A DNA stretch of 64,000 nt from Utricularia gibba. Taxonomy: Eukaryota; Plantae; Magnoliophyta. Positions 26,736 to 39,066 of the stretch are shown here, piece after piece (the stretch's first letter is position 1; each line of letters begins with the position of its first letter). Below the pieces are notes generated by a model, which had not been told where the DNA came from, searched no databases, and saw only the letters and a list, made by a program, of their open reading frames with translations. A program made the position numbers and the translations under genes. The DNA lies in the NCBI GenBank assembly GCA_002189035.1, contig NEEC01000008.1:3162001-3226000 (forward strand), written 5' to 3'.

Positions 26736-28709
26736 TTGAACAAACATTTCCTATTTAAATCCCAGGTAGTGAATTTGCGAGTTAAAAAAGAAGAAAACCC
26801 TACTTCCCATTTCTGCTACTGACTATTCACCTTTCGCCCAACTCTATTCCTTCATGGTACAATCCACAGTCCCCATAAAAGACCCCAACACACAGTAACT
26901 AAAAATGTTACTGTGTTTACTGTCGTGTTGTTGTAAAAAAAGTTACTGTTTTTGTCTTGCGTAGAGCGAGCTGCTGCACTACACTTTGGAATGGAATGGA
27001 TGGTAGAGTAGTTGTTGGAGTCCTTTTTAGAAAAAGCAACACGTGAACCAACGAGAGTAGCCTGCCCGCTACACAAGCTGAAATGACTGATTAGTTGAAA
27101 GGGGAATAAAGGGAGTCTAGTTTTTTTTTTCTTTTTGTTATGTAATTTTAGACGAAATTAATAAAAATCAATGGCGTAATTAATTACTATATTGTATTTG
27201 TGGAATGCAATAATTTAATTGTATCAAACGGGTCGTTTGAATGATTGGGGTTATAATTCATTATTAAATAATTAAATCAGATTTCGTTTTTTTTTTCCAA
27301 AAAATAAAAGTTGGCGCGGGGGTGGTACTACTATCGTACTGTTTGATTCGGTTTTAGTGCGGAAAAAGGTGACTCTACTCCTAAAAAATCACCTACTTTC
27401 TGATCTTTTTCTTGGTCTTTAATAATTGAGGCATTTCTTGGTATGTTTTTTTACTTTGCATAAATAGTAACAGTTACTACTTTTGTTGCTACAAAATAGT
27501 GCACCTATTACTACTTATATGCACCCTGGCTTGCCATTCTTCCATTTCACTTTTAGAGTTCGTTTTTTAATAAGGTAATAGCATGTTAAGCATAATATAA
27601 TTAAATATGTATATAATTAATTGTATATAATATTTGATATTTGAAAATAAAAATTTAAGTATTATGAGTAATATAGAATTATGAAATTTATCCGTTTGTG
27701 ATAAAATTATTACACAAACACGTGAAAACAAAAGGTAGAAGATATTGTTTGGAAGGATTTGTCCCGAACGGATAAACATGAATCAACCACGTTTATTTTC
27801 GGACAAACATACGCTTATTCATTATTGCCTCCTCTACAGAGGAGCTAGGGAATGTCAGCACGCACCTTTTGACTCTAATGTCTGGCGCTGTTTTTCGATG
27901 AAGGCACTCGATTTCCCTCTAGGGCTCTTTAGGCTCTAGTGATTCTCACTGGAGCAAGAGGGCTTCTGTGACTGTGCGGTAATTCCCCAAGACTTAAACG
28001 GTAAATGATTCTTCTAAAGCTGTGTTTTAGTGGCATTAACCTCCATTTGACAGCAGAGTAGTGATAAAGTTTTATAAAAGCAGATGTTGGTCTAGCAATG
28101 ATGTTGCTGTGTAGAAAAAGAAAGTGATCCGGTGAGAATCAGGAACATCTTTTGTTTGTGGGAAGCATTATTTGTGCATGCACCTCTCCTCGATAAAGGG
28201 GATGGAATGGTAACATGGGTCTTGTTGTGTCACGAAACACCATCCCCATTCATGATACACGGTCCAGCTCTCAGCTTCCAATGTCCCGTTGTCTCTCTGG
28301 GCATCCCATGCACTGGCTGCCACCGCGACCCTGGAGAGCTTGCCAGCATCTCCATGGGTGAGGTACATGGCGAGGGAGTGGAACTGTTGGCCCTCACGCC
28401 CGGAAAACAATGCGTGGGCAGCAGGGTAAGTTTAGGCTAGGCTGCTCTCTGGGAGACAAGCAGAGCTGTTGTTTTGGCCATGGTTGATTTGGTGGTAAAC
28501 TGCGGTTTTTGTGCAATGGCATGGGATTTATTGGGTTGATTATCACGGGAGCTACTCTAATAACTGAACTATTACAGATGGTTCATGCTTCGGTACACAC
28601 ACAATGGAAAAGATTCAAATTCTACTTGGTATTTGAACAAGTTCGATTTTCGATTCTTCTAATGTTTGTATGAGCAAATGTTCTGTAAAAACTTCCATAA
28701 TTTAAAAGC

Positions 28710-31472
28710 TCACGCAAGTTCTTTGAATCGCTCTTCCCAGTCTCGAGCATCATAATAATCCCTGGCACTGAAGTTCCTCTCAGCCAAGTCCCGAGCACTG
28801 AGTAGCTGCAACACAAAGGTAGAGTAACTCCTTGATGAACTTCTAGATTTAAACCGTCTGATTTTGCAGAAACAAGCAATGTTCCTTCATGGAAATTTTT
28901 CGGGTTGCGATACGATACGAAACGATACACGAAAATAACATGAAATTTTTCTTTTTACCTTGCGCTGCAAGGATGGATCAGGAGAACTCAGGGACCTTGC
29001 ACATTTTTTCCTGGCACGGTTTCTTCTTACGAGTTTGGTGTTTGTGTCTTGTATAAATAACCATCTGACAAATGGGATCACAAAGAATAATCCAGAGTAC
29101 ACCTGCAATGTAAGTCCAATAAATGAAGTGCAGCAGTCCCCTAGTTCGTAGCAAACGTGTGCTTTGAAACTGTTGATGTAAATCAATGAAGCAATGGTAC
29201 CTGGAGGAAGGGATATACGAAGGAGATAAATGATACAAATCCATTCGAGTTTTCGGTTGTGGTGTTCCTTCAAGTGAAAGAAAAATCAACATCGCAGCAA
29301 GATATGGAAAGTACCCAAGAAAAAAAAGAAGCAAAGAAGTTTACTTTAGCATGGAACCAAGAACTATAACGCCAACCAGATTGAGACCTCCAAGAAAAAT
29401 AGCTGCTGCTCTCTGTGGAAGACTGGTTTTGCTGTGAACAGAGGAAAATACATATTTTTACCAAGAAATTGAGTGCTGTCATGAAACAAAGTTCTGGATT
29501 CACCTAAACTTCCACTTCTTTTCCAATAAGAAGGTCTCTTCTCCATCCCACCATTTTTCGTGATGCCTCCCATTGCTTGTGTGTCGTAGATGTGGAAAAC
29601 AGTACAAAATATTTCCCTGCAGTTACAGGTCAATATGGCATAATTATGTCAAAAAATACACGGTCACATGCTTGTCTCTGCACGCTCTGGTTTCACGCGA
29701 TAGCAAAATGGCCATGAGGAACAGGGAATACAGGTATATGTATCCATGCGTTAACGAGCACACGCACATACACAGATGCCGATAAATAGATATTGAAAAC
29801 TATGAAAGAAAGTGAACTGACATGCTCATCTACTTCTGGCTGGCCATCGAAGTGCAGCAGTACTGGCAGTATGTATGACTCATCATCCTGTAGAAAAGCT
29901 GTCTCAAAAAATCAGAAACTACAAAGCCCATAACACTGTTGAATACATGCTGCAAATTTAAAAAGGGGCAAATTTCGGTTCAATGCAAAGAACCAATAAT
30001 GCTATAGCACCTTTCCTACATCAATCTCAGGATCGAGGTATGGAGCAAGCTCCTCAGCGGTCACAACACCATCATTCAACGAAATGCATTCCCCTATCTG
30101 TGAAATCAACAAAGAGCATTTTGAAGGTGATGATTCTAGAGGGCATGATAGAAATGCGCTTACCAATTTCCATCTCCTTTTTTCAATCTTATGATTCGGG
30201 TCGCCATCACCAAAAACAAATGAGAAGACCTACAAAATGATGATATGCTAAGAAAAGGGAATCCACTCAAAGGTTTAAAACCAGCACTGAGAAGGTATCT
30301 TTACAGAATCAATGAAGTTCATGTCGCCAACAGTTTTTTTCAATCTTCGTCCTTGGTTAAATGGATCAAGATACCTAGATAAAGAAATGAAAAATGCTTG
30401 AATATCCCCCTTACGAACACCCATACAACAAACAAGCACTTGCATAATTACCAGAGCAAATCAATGGGATTGAAATAAAATGGGGAGACCGATTCAGAAA
30501 ACCTTCCTCTTCTCCCATGGCTATAAGTATCACTGTTACAAAATAGACAAGCACTCATAAAAGAACATTGATATCATGCAGGCAACTTGCTTACAACAAC
30601 GTATTTTTTTTTTAAAAAAGAACAATGAGATATTAGCACGTTTGCTATTTTCTTTTTGCTGCTATACATATGCAGCTTCAAAAGAGATTAAAACCAAAAG
30701 TCATGCAACATATTTGAAAATATGGGCTTCAAAAAATCATGACAGGAAGTACATTAATAGTACCGGTTGCTCGAGGCCAGAGCATCAATGCCGGTATACA
30801 CGAGAACAATGGATGATAGCAGAGCAATCCCAAAAGAAACCCTCAACAGGTACTCAGCTGCAATCTGTAACTCAAAATGAAACAAACTATAAATTCGATG
30901 GTCGTAAAGAAAAATGGAGTGGCAATCACCTCACCTTCCCCTTCCTCAGTAAAGGTTCAATTTTCATCCTAAATGACTTATCAGCAAGCTTCGACAAGTA
31001 GTCCTCGGAAAATACGTACAAAATGTCTCCTTCATCAGAAACCTAACAATTAATGACACGAAAGCCGTAAGGATACGGTCTTCAAACGCACCTAAGGATT
31101 ATCGATTACCTGTAGGAAGCCATTAGTATCAGCAGCAAGAGCTTGAAGAGCTCTTTGGGCATCACTCAACTTCAGCCCTGATTTACTTGCAACATCACCA
31201 ATTGTAGCTCTTCTCCCACTTGAATCAATAGCTTCAATAGCTCTTTCACGTACGCTCGAGTCCAATTCATCACTCTCAACAACTCCACCGAAATAATAGC
31301 TTCTGTTGCTGCTAGTAGACAACCAGAAACGGGTTTCAAATACCCATGATTTTCTGATCGGGGTGCGAATTAGGGATTGCGGGAAACTAGAAAAATGGGA
31401 CAGTGAGGGTTTAGCATAGAAATTTGAGAAGTGAGACTCAAAATTAACAACAAAATCAGCATGTAATGCCAT
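28710..31472 (-). CDS. Uncharacterized chloroplast membrane protein, At5g03900-like, about 12 exons
   Basis: Transit-peptide-like N-terminus, then GRRATIGDVASKSGLK...ALQALAADTNGFLQVSDEGDILYVF, VFSFVFGDGDPN, VTAEELAPYLD, DESYILPVLLHFDGQPEVD, LLSARD. Exon phases are consistent. Confidence 0.88.
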
Positions 31473-31668
31473 TAATAACGTCCCGAAGAGCCCTCCATTC
31501 TTTCATCGTTTAACTGCGTTCATTTTGCAGAGGCCGTCTTTCCTTTACGGATACCCAACAAAAACGCCATTTTTGTAACAGCGCCAAGTTCACTGATATT
31601 GAATAAAATTGTACACATACATAGAAAGTTTGCTCCTTTCTCCTAATATGGTGCAAGGGGTTGCAAGC

Positions 31669-33108
31669 TCAGCCTACTGATTTCGCAAGTCCCTTCATGA
31701 ACATATTATAAGTAGCAAGATCAGGAATAAATCCTTTATCCAACATCTCATTCAGCAAAACTTCTCCCTCCTTTCTTCGGCGTTCTCTAATACAACCCGA
31801 AATCAAGATCCTGAGCATCATCCCATCAGGGCAAAAACCTTTTTTTGAAGCTAAAATCCTTAACTTGTTTGCTTCCGATGTTTCTCCGACTCTGCACATA
31901 TCCTCAACAACACAACTAAATGTGACGTTATCTGGTAAAATATCCTTATCTATCATTTTCCTCAGCAAATCAACTGCCTTTCCAATCTTCCCTGACATCC
32001 GTAAACCTTCAATCAATGTTGTACAAGCAATCATGCTAGGTGTATAACCTTTGTTCCATAACTCATTCATGAACCCAAGTGCTCTTTCAGTGTTCCTGCT
32101 GTTGCAAAGCATCTCTATCAATGAGGCATATTCAAAATCCTGTGGCAAAACTCCTTTACCCATGAACTCAGTCATCAGATCAGCCGCTTCTATTACCTTA
32201 CCCATTCTGCATAGCCCATCAACCAAGATTTCACATGTGATATATGAGAATTCACACATGAGTTCAATCATCTCACGGGCTATTCCAATTGCTTCATCCG
32301 CTTTTCCTTCCTGAAAGAATCCTCTCATCAATGTGTTGAAACTGACAACATTTGGAGAACACCCCTGTTCTTTCATTTCCCTGAACATCTCCACCGCCAT
32401 CATAAATTGATCATTCTTACAATACCCACTGATCAAAATGTTGAACGTTGTTGTATCAGGTTTCACACGGTGACCGAGCATTTTCCTGTAAAACTCAACC
32501 CCTTTATCCAATTCCCTGTGCTTGATCAAACCATGGATTACAATATTGTACAAAGAAACGTCTGGTTTACCATCAATCAGCCTCTTCATCGTATCGAATG
32601 CGTGGAGTGCGTCATCAAATCTGCGCGTTTTGCAGAAAGCAGAAATGCAAACACGGAAAATGGATTCAATTTTGGAACAGGAAAAAATTCCATCTGCGCA
32701 GGGGCAAGGATTGCAAGAAATGAACTCTACAAGAACCGGGAGACAATCGATACGGTTAGTGGATACAAGAGATCGAACCATGTATTCATAAGTAGTGTGA
32801 TCATGACGAAATGAATCGAGAGTCGCGGCGTAACGGAAAAGATGGAAATCCAAGTGACTGAGCGTCGGGTGATGGCGGAGGCGGCACTTGAAGAAACGGA
32901 GGAGCTCATTCGGCGTTATATCAAGTGGGTTTTTCTTGATGTAGATTTCTAACAGGGATGAGAGATTTGTTAATTGGGCATGCGTTTCACCGGCGGTGGT
33001 CGGTGTCACTGCCGAGGTAGAAGGCGACAGCTCAGGGAATGGCAGAGGTCGCGGTATCGCTGCCGCCGGCTTGGAGGTGAACTTCCCAATCGACAGACTT
33101 CTCGACAT
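31669..33108 (-). CDS. P-class pentatricopeptide repeat protein (At2g36240-like), intronless
   Basis: Tandem 35-aa PPR motifs (PDVSLYNIVIHGLIK, PDTTTFNILISGYCK, PNVVSFNTLMRGFFQ and others) plus CPCADGIFSC. First ATG at 33108. Confidence 0.93.
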   Translation of the reverse strand: MSRSLSIGKFTSKPAAAIPRPLPFPELSPSTSAVTPTTAGETHAQLTNLSSLLEIYIKKNPLDITPNELLRFFKCRLRHHPTLSHLDFHLFRYAATLDSFRHDHTTYEYMVRSLVSTNRIDCLPVLVEFISCNPCPCADGIFSCSKIESIFRVCISAFCKTRRFDDALHAFDTMKRLIDGKPDVSLYNIVIHGLIKHRELDKGVEFYRKMLGHRVKPDTTTFNILISGYCKNDQFMMAVEMFREMKEQGCSPNVVSFNTLMRGFFQEGKADEAIGIAREMIELMCEFSYITCEILVDGLCRMGKVIEAADLMTEFMGKGVLPQDFEYASLIEMLCNSRNTERALGFMNELWNKGYTPSMIACTTLIEGLRMSGKIGKAVDLLRKMIDKDILPDNVTFSCVVEDMCRVGETSEANKLRILASKKGFCPDGMMLRILISGCIRERRRKEGEVLLNEMLDKGFIPDLATYNMFMKGLAKSVG

Positions 33109-33361
33109 TCCGCTGCTGATTTGTATGGCAGGGTTGCACAAAAAAAAAAGCGATCTTCACGCCTTATGGGTATCGTGGACTTAAGAGCGAGTTTTTGAAG
33201 GGTTTTACGAACATAAACCTCTCCATGTCAAGTACTGTATTTGTGAATATATTACCCAGGAGAGGGAACTAGTCACAAATAAACTAAAGCAGTACAATCA
33301 AAAGACCTTTTGATACCAGATGGAGTCCTTTTTTTGGTGACTAAGAAAACAGCTAATTCAC

Positions 33362-33808
33362 CTACGTTGTAGTCTCAAGGGCTGAGATTTGTCCTTTGCA
33401 AGACATGTAACAATCTTCGGTCTGGTCCCTATGCAGCTTTTGAAACGTATGTTCAGCTGGAAGTCGCCCTTGTTCTAGTATAGCCTGCAGTTCTTGTTTC
33501 CGGATAAAAAACTTAACCCTCACAACTGCAGCCCCTTCTTTGAATGTATCATCTGAAAAGCTCACCTTCTTTTTCTTTTTAGTTGTTGGGCAGGAACCTG
33601 TAAGAGGAACAAGATAGTAACTGTTACCATGCATCATTTCTTCATCTGGATGCAGGTGCTTCTGTGCCGGAAGGTTGTCGGATATTGCGTGGTGGGAATA
33701 CTCTGTTAGTACTTGATGAACCTTTATTGGGGAGCTGTACATTATGATTTCACCATCTTGTTTCACTACCCTGACTCTCTTCTCCTGAAGGACTAAGCAG
33801 TTTCCCAT
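33362..33808 (-). CDS. DUF4228 (PADRE) family protein, intronless
   Basis: MGNCL N-terminus (acylation-type), VVKQDGEIIMYSSPIKVHQVL, YYLVPL, KKKVSFSD, VVRVKFFIRKQELQAIL. Confidence 0.88.
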   Translation of the reverse strand: MGNCLVLQEKRVRVVKQDGEIIMYSSPIKVHQVLTEYSHHAISDNLPAQKHLHPDEEMMHGNSYYLVPLTGSCPTTKKKKKVSFSDDTFKEGAAVVRVKFFIRKQELQAILEQGRLPAEHTFQKLHRDQTEDCYMSCKGQISALETTT

Positions 33809-34344
33809 GTTTGAGACAAGCAAAGGAAGATTAGAGGGACCGAATCAAAATTAAGTCTGGTGTTAGAATAAGGCTTTTGTGATTGCAGATATGTGGTACT
33901 TATAGAATAAGACATCCCTTTTTCTGTTGAGAATATGCTAGATAAAAATGTCGGTGCATTATGTTTGAAATTTTGCTCATTTATTCATGAATCCAACAAT
34001 ATTCCTTGTCATTCATCATGATACTGTAGATAGTGATCTCTGACTGTTGCTGGTGGATATGGAATTTTTGCTACAAATGTCGGGTTCTCACTGAGTGGAG
34101 CATCACGACATATCATTTTTTTACTGAGCACTTGCTACTCAAACTCCCTGCCATACGTTGATTTTTTCCTACAAATGATATGAGTAAAACGCAGCTCTTA
34201 CTATGCTTATGCATCATGTTTGCACAGAAACTCCATGCTTTTTTTGGTATATCTTAGTATTGGGTTATCCTATTTGGAACTCTTGTCTGTTGCTTTGAGA
34301 AAGGTATTGATTAAATGGAGTAGGAGACCTACCTGGAAGTGCAA

Positions 34345-35000
34345 ATGAGAGAACTGTTGCATAACTGGCTGTGGGGCTTTAGATTGCATAGTGGTAAGTG
34401 ATGATAGCCATATGTTGTTTTGGCGTTCAAATTTTGGATTATAAGTAGAAGAATGTACTAAATGTGGGGATTGATATGACATACAAAAATACATCTTATT
34501 TGCGCACCATATCAAGACATCTTAAAGTAGATTTCATGAAAAGAGATTTGCATCTTAAGGATATTTATCTCCTGCATCATATTCTGATGCATATATTGTA
34601 CTTTATTAAAAAGAAAAACCTTGATACATATCTTGTTCTTGAAAAGTATTACAAAGACCTTTCACATGAAAAGTTTTCAATTTTATCATTCCATAGTAAA
34701 ACTCTTGAATTCCTATAAAGTTTACTGAAGAACTAAATCTTTGTAGCTGAATTCATGGGAATTAAGGCGAAGTTGCTGTGTGTATGGTTTGTTGCATTTC
34801 AGAAAAAGAGTTGATGGAGGTCCAAGCTCTTAATGATTGGCTTAAAGAGTGGATTTTTTTTCATTACGATGTTAGTTATACTTTATTTGTGTAAAACACA
34901 TGCATTTACAAGGGGAAAACATGGATTTAAGAAGCTAAAAGAAAAATGTCAGTGGAGCACTTGTGAAAGTTTCTGCAAGTGGCGCACCTGCGAGTACTGA
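34345..35000 (+). CDS. Candidate three-exon 60-aa micro-protein (unknown)
   Basis: Exons 34345-34393, 34803-34848 and 34913-35000 are joined by two GT-AG U-rich introns with matching phases. No homolog recognised. Confidence 0.25.
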
Positions 35001-35838
35001 TGCCCTGAGTAATGTTACCGAAAAAATGGAGTGGAAGTTCAGCAAAAGCGGTTTCTTTTTTTCTCGCGGTGGGTGTGTCTCTGAAGGTGGAAATGGATCA
35101 ATTTCATGTCAGTCTGCAGATAATGATACTATTACAGTGGGCCAATCCAATCCACCATTCGAAAATATGGCGTAGAATAGGTGCTGTACTGATGCCATAT
35201 GCCTTATAGGAATACGAACATTAAGTATCCTTGATTTCTATATACTTCTCTATGGATTTTTTTTTTCAATGGCAAGATTATATACTTCTCTCTGGATACT
35301 TTGTTATAATGTATCCTGTGGACCGTGTTTTGCATGTTGGAATAAAGTTATTAACTTTCACCAACCACACTCAGAATAAAGGAATGAAGAAGAAAATGTT
35401 GTTAAGGAAGAATTTGTTGAAGTGTAATGATCACTTCGGTTGCTAGTGAGCAAACCCCACTAAGGTGCTGGCTTTTGTGCCAAACACTGGGACCAACCCC
35501 TGTCTTGCTTGAGTTGGGCGGCTACCGCCAGGTTGAATTCTTGACACCCATTGTAACCAGGTTCAACGTTTCTAGAGCTTGTGTTACAAATTCTTTGCCT
35601 TAGATGGCTCAAGTATGCAAGCGTAGTGTAGATCAATTCTACTCTGTACATGCTAAGATTAATGTAGCTTGTTCTTTGCAAGCGTATCCCATGATTCATT
35701 GTTTTTCACTTGGAGTTTATGTATCAGAGCAAATGGTGGCTGTTTTATAGGTTGTTGTGTTATTTATATACAATAGCTCCAGAGCTCGTGGAGCTTGTAA
35801 TTTGAAAAATTGGTGGGGTTTGGTTCTTGAATGCCTCC

Positions 35839-37378
35839 TCAATTCCAACAGAAGCCATTTAAGTCCAGCTGGTTGCTCAGTGAAGGAGCAGTGTTTTCCT
35901 CATATGTGTTGAGGTCCAATGGTGAGGAGGAGAGAGACTGCAGTTTTAACCCCGATGCTATAGAGCCATTGCTTTCAGGAACGCCAATGCTCATTGTCAA
36001 ATTGCTTGAGTCTGTTTCTGCTGCAGATCCTTTTTCTGCATTGTTTCTTTCTGTTGAGAAGATATTTCTGCTCTCTTTCAGATATTCAGTAGCACCAAGA
36101 TCTGTGTTTTCAATCTTCTTCTCGTGCTGACTGTCCATAGGTGACCTGAAACTGACTGGTCTAAATCCCATCAGGCCATTGTAAGATTCTCTGTCCCTGA
36201 TAGAACATTCAAACGAGGTTGTGCAGCTGTCCATGGATTGAGCTACTGGCCGACTTAGTGTATTTTTCTGCAGGCAAATATCTTCGAGTTCTTTCATGCC
36301 TGGAAACGCTGAGGTGAGGTATTGTGTGGAAACTTCGGACACCAAATCAGACAAATGAACCTTTGCTTCCTCCAGATTGAGAGTCCCGAGATTCTGTGTC
36401 CCGATGGTTTCTTGTGCTTTTTCAAGTACAGACTGCAGATATTTTCCTTGAGCTTCTATCCTCAGCTGCAAGTGCCTCTGTACCTTAAGATGAGAGAACC
36501 TACTGATTAGCCTTTGAAAACTAGGAAAGTATTTTTTTTTTTTTTCAATTGAAGTGGAAACTATATCACTTAGCCATACTTCAAGCTGTTCGTGTAGCCG
36601 TCTTTGCACTTCAATCTGCATCTGTATTGCTTCTCCGATGTGAATATTTCTGAAATGGTGAACCCAATGTCAGTTCGATATACTGATAGTAGTGAGAAAA
36701 GAGATAAGATTGTTCAAACATACTGACTTGTTTGTGTGGGTTGGTGTGTTTTGGTTGCTGGGAGGTGTAGTACTTGTTGTTCTATCACCCGTGGCTGTAG
36801 TCATTTTTCGTTCCATTAAAACGATTGCAACATGATATAGCATTTCATTAGAATGGATATCACATGCTCTGTCATTGTAACATTCCTTACCAGCTTTGTT
36901 GCTCGAATTATTTGCTTGCCCACAGAGGCTTTTACTGAGCCTATACTTCTGGAAGTCCAAAAATGGAAATTTTGATAAGCAAAAAGTTCATGTGATGAGC
37001 CACATATTTATCATAGAATCTTTACCTGCAGGTGACTCTTCAAGTGGTATAAGGTTAAACCTTGGATCCCCATGAGTTTCATTACTGATTTTGGGGTAGC
37101 TTCTGAAAAGCATGAATGATCCAAATCAGCCGAGTCCAGTAAAATTTTTTTCTTTTCACAATGGAGCTTCGTGAAGTGTTTTCATGCTTACTCTCTGCTC
37201 CTCCCAGATGATTTACTGCTTCCACGAACCGTTGGTGGAGGTCGGGAGTCCATTTCAGCCTCGGCTTCGCATCAGTTGAAAGAACAAGCCCCAAGTCTCC
37301 AGAGCCATTCTTCATTCCTTGAACAAACAAGTGCCTTTCTGGGGTAAGGCTCTGTCCTGGATGGTGCTGATGGTACAT
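35839..37378 (-). CDS. MYB-CC (GARP/G2-like; PHL8/MYR-type) transcription factor, 6 exons
   Basis: [37 protein letters not shown]...TLYHLKSHLQKYRL (SHLQKY MYB) and the coiled coil [41 protein letters not shown]. Confidence 0.95.
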
Positions 37379-39066
37379 ATTTTTCCTGATAAAATTTAAA
37401 CCTAAATCGATGGCTTGTGTACAAGAGCATGTTCCTGGTAATGAAAATGTTTCTACTGATAAGAACTACCTTGATGCTTTCTAGATGGTCGACCACCTTG
37501 AATGATCAATGCTTCTTGAGACCTTGTTTTCTTCAAAGCCTTTCACAGGGAGAAGTGGGATGTCTTATGAGCATTTTATACAAGCCTTGAGGCATAGCAT
37601 CTTGAACAATGCCAGCAAATGGGACATGGGAACCCACGGGAACTACGACGACTTGACAAGAGATCATGCCCGTCGCTTTATTGCAATAAAAAACCAACGG
37701 ATACATCTGCAGCACCCCGGTAAAGTTCTCTCACTTAGAGTTCCTTTCAAAAAGATGAGACCTTATGGCAGATTCGAGAATGGATTCTTATCCGTCCTCC
37801 CCTTTCAGTTGTAGTCTTAGTCATCTACAAAGTTACAGGAACCTTATTCTCAGAATCTGCACCAGAATCTTTCTCAGTTAAAATTGCTTGAAGGAATCTG
37901 ATGATTCTGTTCTATAAGTAGCTTGACTAAGGCATCTCCTTAACACTGAACTGTTCTATAAGTTCTGTTCTATACAGAACTTACAGTTCATGTCTTCATT
38001 ATCATGATTAGAGTCATGCTTGCTGTGATTCTAAGAGTGTAACCAGTAGGTTCGATAACATGATCCACATTAGCTCCCACCAAGAGTTCTCCACAAATAT
38101 CATTTGATCCTAATGTGGTTGGATATTTATGCAGCTAGTAGGAATCTGCTGGAAAGTTGAGTGTGAAGGTTCCACGTCTTGAGTTGCTGGCATATGGATA
38201 GGTATGAATTTTGTCGAGAAGCAATGCATCAGCTGCTTGACTTACATCGAAGCATGATGTGCATCATTCACTCTTAGGCTTGTATTCTTCATCTAGTTAG
38301 CCATTGCTTCCTTGAAGTCCTCCATCTGCATAGCATTCACCTTCTCTGTGTTTGTGTTAAGAGCTTTGCCAAACTGCCACTTTTAAGAGAGCAGCTGAGC
38401 CTTGAGCCAGGATGGTCCTCTGAATCTGGATGAAAGGAACATTAGAGGCTATGAGAAACAGTGCTTTAGACAATGCGATCATTGACTAAACCTCATGTAA
38501 GACTGCTTCTTAGGTGAGGAGCGAAAACGACTCGGTGCGAATTGTATTCCGTTCCGGTGCAAAGAAAAAGAAAAGAACAAGACCATGAGGAGAACAATTC
38601 CTTGGAACAGAAAAAAAAAGTCTAGATTCTGAGGAACAGAATCTGAGAATGTTAACGCAAACTAAAGGCCTCAGAGAATCTTAGCCATTCCTTGAAACAA
38701 GGGCCATCAAAAATGGGTTCTCTGCTAGGTGTGCTAACTTACATTCTCTTTTATATCTTCTCCTGCGCAAGAATAGCTTTAGATGCTTTGGGGACAATGC
38801 TTGATTTTTTTATTACAGTGCAAGACATATCACACTAAATGTATTGTCAACTAACCAAAGTGGGACTCTCAACTTTTAAGTTTAGAGTTTACCACTTTTA
38901 GCATAATTAGTTCGCGCACTTGGGAACCTGAGATTGTGATAAGATTGCACCAGTGATACTATTCAAACCACCGAGTTGGAGAAAGGAAACAAAAAGTTTT
39001 AAGAGATGGCAGAGGAGAGCTACTGTCACTCAGTGATGCCAGACGAACCTCGCTCAAAGCAGCTAC

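Noticed and set aside
37509-37814. 101-aa plus-strand ORF antisense to the MYB-CC leader
   Set aside because: Non-ATG start in the track, no recognisable domain and no splice support.
37907-37974. CTGTTCTATA three times, reminiscent of plant U3 snoRNA box A
   Set aside because: No other U3 boxes and no USE/TATA snRNA-type promoter; treated as a local micro-duplication.
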